Assembly: GCA_964463545.1 (NCBI GenBank)
Contig: CAYXCA010000001.1
Coordinates: 1-63,367, forward strand
Origin: an uncultured Candidatus Saccharibacteria bacterium
Lineage (GTDB): Bacteria > Patescibacteriota > Saccharimonadia > Saccharimonadales > Saccharimonadaceae
Direction of reading: 5' to 3'
DNA length: 63,367 nucleotides
The position numbers were made by a program, and so were the translations under genes. Below are positions 60,401 to 63,367 of this stretch, one piece after another (position 1 is the stretch's first letter; every line of letters begins with the position of its first letter). The notes under the pieces were generated by a model. The model ran no database searches. It worked only from the letters and a program-made list of their open reading frames with translations, and was not told the DNA's origin.

Positions 60401-61034
60401 TTTTTGATTCTTGTGACCATTTTATATTAATGTTTTTCATAGAATCTAAGGTGTGATTAATGTTAATATCGCTCGTGTCACCTTCAAGCCTAATTGGCCC
60501 ATTTTCATCAAAGACCACTTCAATTATCCCGTGGGTGCGTCGGTCTTCAATACTACCATTCGCATCTTCAAAATAGCCCTGTGGCCAAGAATACGAGCCG
60601 CTTATAGTAGCGGAAGCAGACGAGTTGATAATACCATACTCGCATCTAATTTTTCGCTCCGCGCTAGTATCCTTCTCATAAACACCATTAAAAATTTTGC
60701 CGGAACTCAGCATGTCCTCAGTGATCTTACCAGAACCTAGGCTTTTCTTAAAAGCAGTATCACAGGTGATCATGCCATCACTATCGCCTAGCCACTGCCC
60801 AACATAGACTTTAGACTGTCCGAGTTGGGGTATAATTGAATCTATTCCATTACCGATAGCAGTGTCCTGCAACGCATTTCTACTGATACATTCATATGCA
60901 GCAAATGCATAAAGTGCTTCTTGAACTTTGGGTGCGGTATTATATTTTTTTGTAGCTGCAGAAGCGGTTGGCGCCAAAATAGTTGCCAATAGTGTTATCA
61001 CTACAACAAAGGATATCATAAATTTCTTTTTCAT
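57480..61034 (-). CDS. Large secreted/membrane protein with a TrbL/VirB6-like membrane core
   Basis: Signal peptide, ~470-aa extracellular region, LGWILCP..W.YFRNFANI..AVLVNLS..QILIDVSN, SPLAIICYSLP..FEKW, long C-terminal tail. Confidence 0.65.
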   Translation of the reverse strand: MKKKFMISFVVVITLLATILAPTASAATKKYNTAPKVQEALYAFAAYECISRNALQDTAIGNGIDSIIPQLGQSKVYVGQWLGDSDGMITCDTAFKKSLGSGKITEDMLSSGKIFNGVYEKDTSAERKIRCEYGIINSSASATISGSYSWPQGYFEDANGSIEDRRTHGIIEVVFDENGPIRLEGDTSDININHTLDSMKNINIKWSQESKICQPLVMYTEVYQIQAVNAYGESTTAYVPILATTDGAPFNEWLPGTVKDNYKAWVNGNSDKFKHYVTSAATSTRLKLKDNAKSKLLSNLAKIYTNGKTSVADFLNSDADAKYIVYGRYLFNGDGNGGFACNGTSVATDDPNLSNLNAMDYWDISQPYVAEVNAYENGSASNKTSYRTKFGGNGILEPGSARSITLPGVEGDCKVLAGEFNNINPTSRNAKMFVAAYMNVAAVEDLPEDNDAGTTGGGSAGNNISSDGGSLSSGDDDLAQCFNNASSLGWILCPVMKFIGSAADKLWEEMSSNWLVVDPDEYKANDSSTAYKAWTYFRNFANIAFAIFLTVVIISQLTGFGITNYGIKKLLPSLIIMAVLVNLSYFICQILIDVSNIAGASIGGILTDVQSTISPSSSVSAGDVVRGFLNTLFNAVGITGIGIAVAVTIKLQGLAAVMIPVLIVTLGAIISVVFVFLVLAVRQAGILVMVVISPLAIICYSLPNAKSLFEKWKKLFTALLFVYPVCSACIYGGQLVSSLMLNSDNTSFMYNLVGMLLQIVPIFFIPSLIRNSLALAGNIGNRISQLGRGLSNKTTGALRKSEAVERARTTSQYRAAQRNRDFFNRLSERGGLFKAIGKYGNRRMDGAVARYNKMRLDEHQAQLYGGSINEESIQRSLATLDRKDMERRVTEAMDNMVQDPAFDTTDPDKINLAFQTALAEVDADPTNETKMIRAKALASLLMGKGDTGQSLMIESMRNHAYGTTGVGAQGSEAMRALGGYISYNDKWMASIKGKDTGGYKFMNDLASNKDIKSASDYAMAGSGKVTQATIGGMGDSWYRSIEKALADGSFNTDATTRAALHTYADMATKALTDPRYAGSIQKERLETLNKLRQADYEMRRDDWLSANTGKTTADYEKEFGKFQVLENAGDKLVVPHRRAPVPTGWREDGTWIGGGSGPNRQQRIAFEEWARHAAEVDRMNSQTT

Positions 61035-62587
61035 TTGCTAATCTCCTTTAATGACGAATTATACATATGGTCCTTTGCACCAGCTTCAATAACAAAATAA
61101 TTTCCAAAGCCATCAACTTTGCTGTTTTCAATTGTGTTTTCTGTGCAGCTACTTTCTTTTTCTCTGTCCTTAGACAGCAAATTACAAACATAATTTTTAT
61201 TATCGTCTTGATTTAAGACATGCAAAAACGGAGAATTGTCATACAGCGATATGTCTTGACCGTCATATACCCTAATCACCTGTGACTTAGCCATGTCGAA
61301 TAATTGTAATTTATCATCACGGACAACAAGAATGGGGGATTCGGAAAACTCATTGCGGTAAGCCGCATATAGTGCTGTCGGCAATTCATAATAATCTTCT
61401 ACGTCGCATTCAGTAACACTGCTGCCATTGAGCGTTTTTATAGTATATTTTGAACCATCACAAGCTTCAAGTATATACTCTCCGGAATTAGATATAGTTT
61501 CGACCGCTGTATTTTCTTCTGGACTCGTAAGTTTTTCTACTCGCCCATTTTTGATTGTTAAATATTCAACATCATCACCCAAAACTTCTGTCAAGTTAGT
61601 TTCATCCCAATATATTTCACCCTGAGTTGTATAGAGTACTTTGCCGTTTGATAAGTCAACAATATGTGATGGTCCGCCCCAGATATGTACTACGGCGTAG
61701 ATAAATCCATCCATTTTAATCGTGAATGCAGAACAAAAATCATGACACTCGTATACGACATTGTTTTTAATGTCCATAATGTAGCCTCGTTCATCGCCAA
61801 TAGCGTTCGTACTACTTCCACTATCCGTTGCGGCTTCTTGGCTCTTATCTCCAGAATCGTTAACCCTTTCAGTTACTAAAATATAACCGTTGCCGATGTA
61901 TCTACCAACCGAATTTTCTGGAGTGATTTTTTGCATCTTTATATTATAGATATCACCATCAACCATCCAAAAATTATTTTCTGTGTCATAATATGTTGTT
62001 GTATTATCTCCATTAAACGTAAAGATAGCCTTACCGGCGCGGTTAATAATTGATGTTTCGGTGACATGACCCTCTGAACCAAGTTTTATGACTGCATATT
62101 CGCCATAAAACCTCCCAGCTTCTAAAAAACGTGCATCAATTAACAAGGAGCCATTTTCCGCGTTGGCGTATCCATAATTTCCGTCCACACTCACTGGAAT
62201 TGGCGCGGTTTTATCAAAAATGATGTCAGTATTTACTGTGCCGATACGAGTACTATAATCGGCGTTATTACTGTCAAAACTTGACATTACCACCAAAACT
62301 ACTACACATATCACTGCAAAAGCAGCTAAAATTATCCCACCAATAATAAATGGTCGTTTATTATGTTTGGGTTTTTGACTGCCGGCATTCAGGATAATAT
62401 CACCAGCCTCGTTATTAAAAGTTTGCGTGGGATGGTTAGAAAAATATGGATGCGAAAGAACAGTCGATGGCTGCGCGGGAGTGTTAGTATTAGCACTAGC
62501 TTCGGGTTGAATTGGCTGAGGCGTAAAAATCGCCTGGCGACTACCACCAGCACTGCTATTATTCTGGTTGCTTTGGTTTGGATCCAT
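61031..62587 (-). CDS. Single-pass membrane protein with WG-like repeats
   Basis: Low-complexity N-terminus, one membrane segment, GNYGYANAENGSLLIDARF...FYGEYA. Confidence 0.65.
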   Translation of the reverse strand: MDPNQSNQNNSSAGGSRQAIFTPQPIQPEASANTNTPAQPSTVLSHPYFSNHPTQTFNNEAGDIILNAGSQKPKHNKRPFIIGGIILAAFAVICVVVLVVMSSFDSNNADYSTRIGTVNTDIIFDKTAPIPVSVDGNYGYANAENGSLLIDARFLEAGRFYGEYAVIKLGSEGHVTETSIINRAGKAIFTFNGDNTTTYYDTENNFWMVDGDIYNIKMQKITPENSVGRYIGNGYILVTERVNDSGDKSQEAATDSGSSTNAIGDERGYIMDIKNNVVYECHDFCSAFTIKMDGFIYAVVHIWGGPSHIVDLSNGKVLYTTQGEIYWDETNLTEVLGDDVEYLTIKNGRVEKLTSPEENTAVETISNSGEYILEACDGSKYTIKTLNGSSVTECDVEDYYELPTALYAAYRNEFSESPILVVRDDKLQLFDMAKSQVIRVYDGQDISLYDNSPFLHVLNQDDNKNYVCNLLSKDREKESSCTENTIENSKVDGFGNYFVIEAGAKDHMYNSSLKEISK

Positions 62588-62631
62588 GTTCTTTATATTA
62601 TAACATAAGCCTTTTATTTTAGGTGGAAGTT

Positions 62632-63228
62632 TTACATGTATTTTTGTACGTAATTGACGAGCGTATTGCGATGAACATGTAAACTATTTGCAATAAAAGT
62701 GTGTGAATTACCCAAATTTCGTAATTCTCTAATCGTATTTTCTTGTTGATAGAGTTTACAATATTTTTTGCCGGAAGTGCCGCGCGGTCTACCTAAAACC
62801 ATGCCAGCGGCTTGCTTGCGATGTAATGCTTCTTTGGTGCGCTGAGAAATTAAGTTGCGTTCAATTTCTGCAGACAAACCAAAAGCAAAAGCCAAAACTT
62901 TGCTCTGAATATCATCACCCAGCCGATAGCCGTCCTTCACGGTCCATACGCGGCAACCTTTAGTCATGCAGAGGTTAAGAATTTCCATGATCATAAAAAG
63001 CGACCGCCCAAGCCGCGAAATTTCCGAACAAATAATTAAATCGCCTGTTTCTACGCGTTGTAACAATTTACCTAATTCACGTTTGTCATAATTTTTTGTG
63101 CCGCTAATTGTTTCACTAATCCAACCGTCAATTTTGGTGTTCTCGCGCTGGCAAAAGTTTTCGATTTCAAACCTTTGGTTCTCTACCGTTTGTTTGTCGC
63201 TGCTCACCCGAATGTATCCATAAATCAT
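62632..63228 (-). CDS. Serine recombinase/DNA invertase, Mpi-like
   Basis: YGYIRVSSDKQTVENQ (catalytic Ser), SRLGRS, FAFGLSAEIERNLISQRTKEAL, LGRP, C-terminal HTH. Confidence 0.92.
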   Translation of the reverse strand: MIYGYIRVSSDKQTVENQRFEIENFCQRENTKIDGWISETISGTKNYDKRELGKLLQRVETGDLIICSEISRLGRSLFMIMEILNLCMTKGCRVWTVKDGYRLGDDIQSKVLAFAFGLSAEIERNLISQRTKEALHRKQAAGMVLGRPRGTSGKKYCKLYQQENTIRELRNLGNSHTFIANSLHVHRNTLVNYVQKYM

Positions 63229-63367
63229 AATGACTCCTGATTAATTTTGCACATATTATACGACCATTTATTATTGGCGGGATAACAATAATCGTTGTTG
63301 TCATTGTTATAAGTATCGTTGTAATATTGTGGCGTAATAATACAGCAGCAAAAATGCAAAGCAGATT

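Noticed and set aside
1-63367. Alternative genetic code (TGA recoding)
   Set aside because: Core genes are full length under the standard code and TGA ends several genes (lepA-side neighbours such as cas2, ABC-context ORFs and 61031-62587 use ATGA-type or TGA stops).

Overview
A 63 kb bacterial chromosomal segment, most likely from a small-genome, host-associated Patescibacteria/Saccharibacteria (TM7)-like organism. This is inferred from the HTH-MurA fusion, a PilB-type ATPase, a FISUMP-domain surface protein, a large TrbL/VirB6-like membrane protein and many apparently leaderless genes. Housekeeping genes are pepN, murB, folD, lepA, tilS, murA, recA, recX, gpmI, ruvB and three tRNAs. A ~15 kb defence cluster follows tRNA-Arg(TCG): an HNH nuclease with a double DNA adenine methyltransferase, a complete type II-A CRISPR-Cas9 system (27 repeats, 26 spacers, tracrRNA), and a type III-like Mod with a truncated Res. 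Also present are a TetR/MMPL/YhgE-like module with visible operators, an agmatine deiminase operon and an Mpi-like serine invertase. The most unusual signal is three silent cassettes (1614-1835, 1930-2163, 32042-32257) encoding only the C-terminal tip of FISUMP-type proteins (VRSG...PLRC) between fixed DNA anchors. Two lie head-to-head inside 40-bp inverted repeats; the third is AAC-rich like a DGR template. Together they suggest a surface-protein diversification system, but no reverse transcriptase or direct acceptor gene is in the window. Other signals are in-frame palindromic insertions in lepA and gpmI, near-duplicate CRISPR spacers differing in the seed, and a leader with competing helices upstream of the FISUMP gene. 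All family assignments are from motif recognition by eye; no searches were run.
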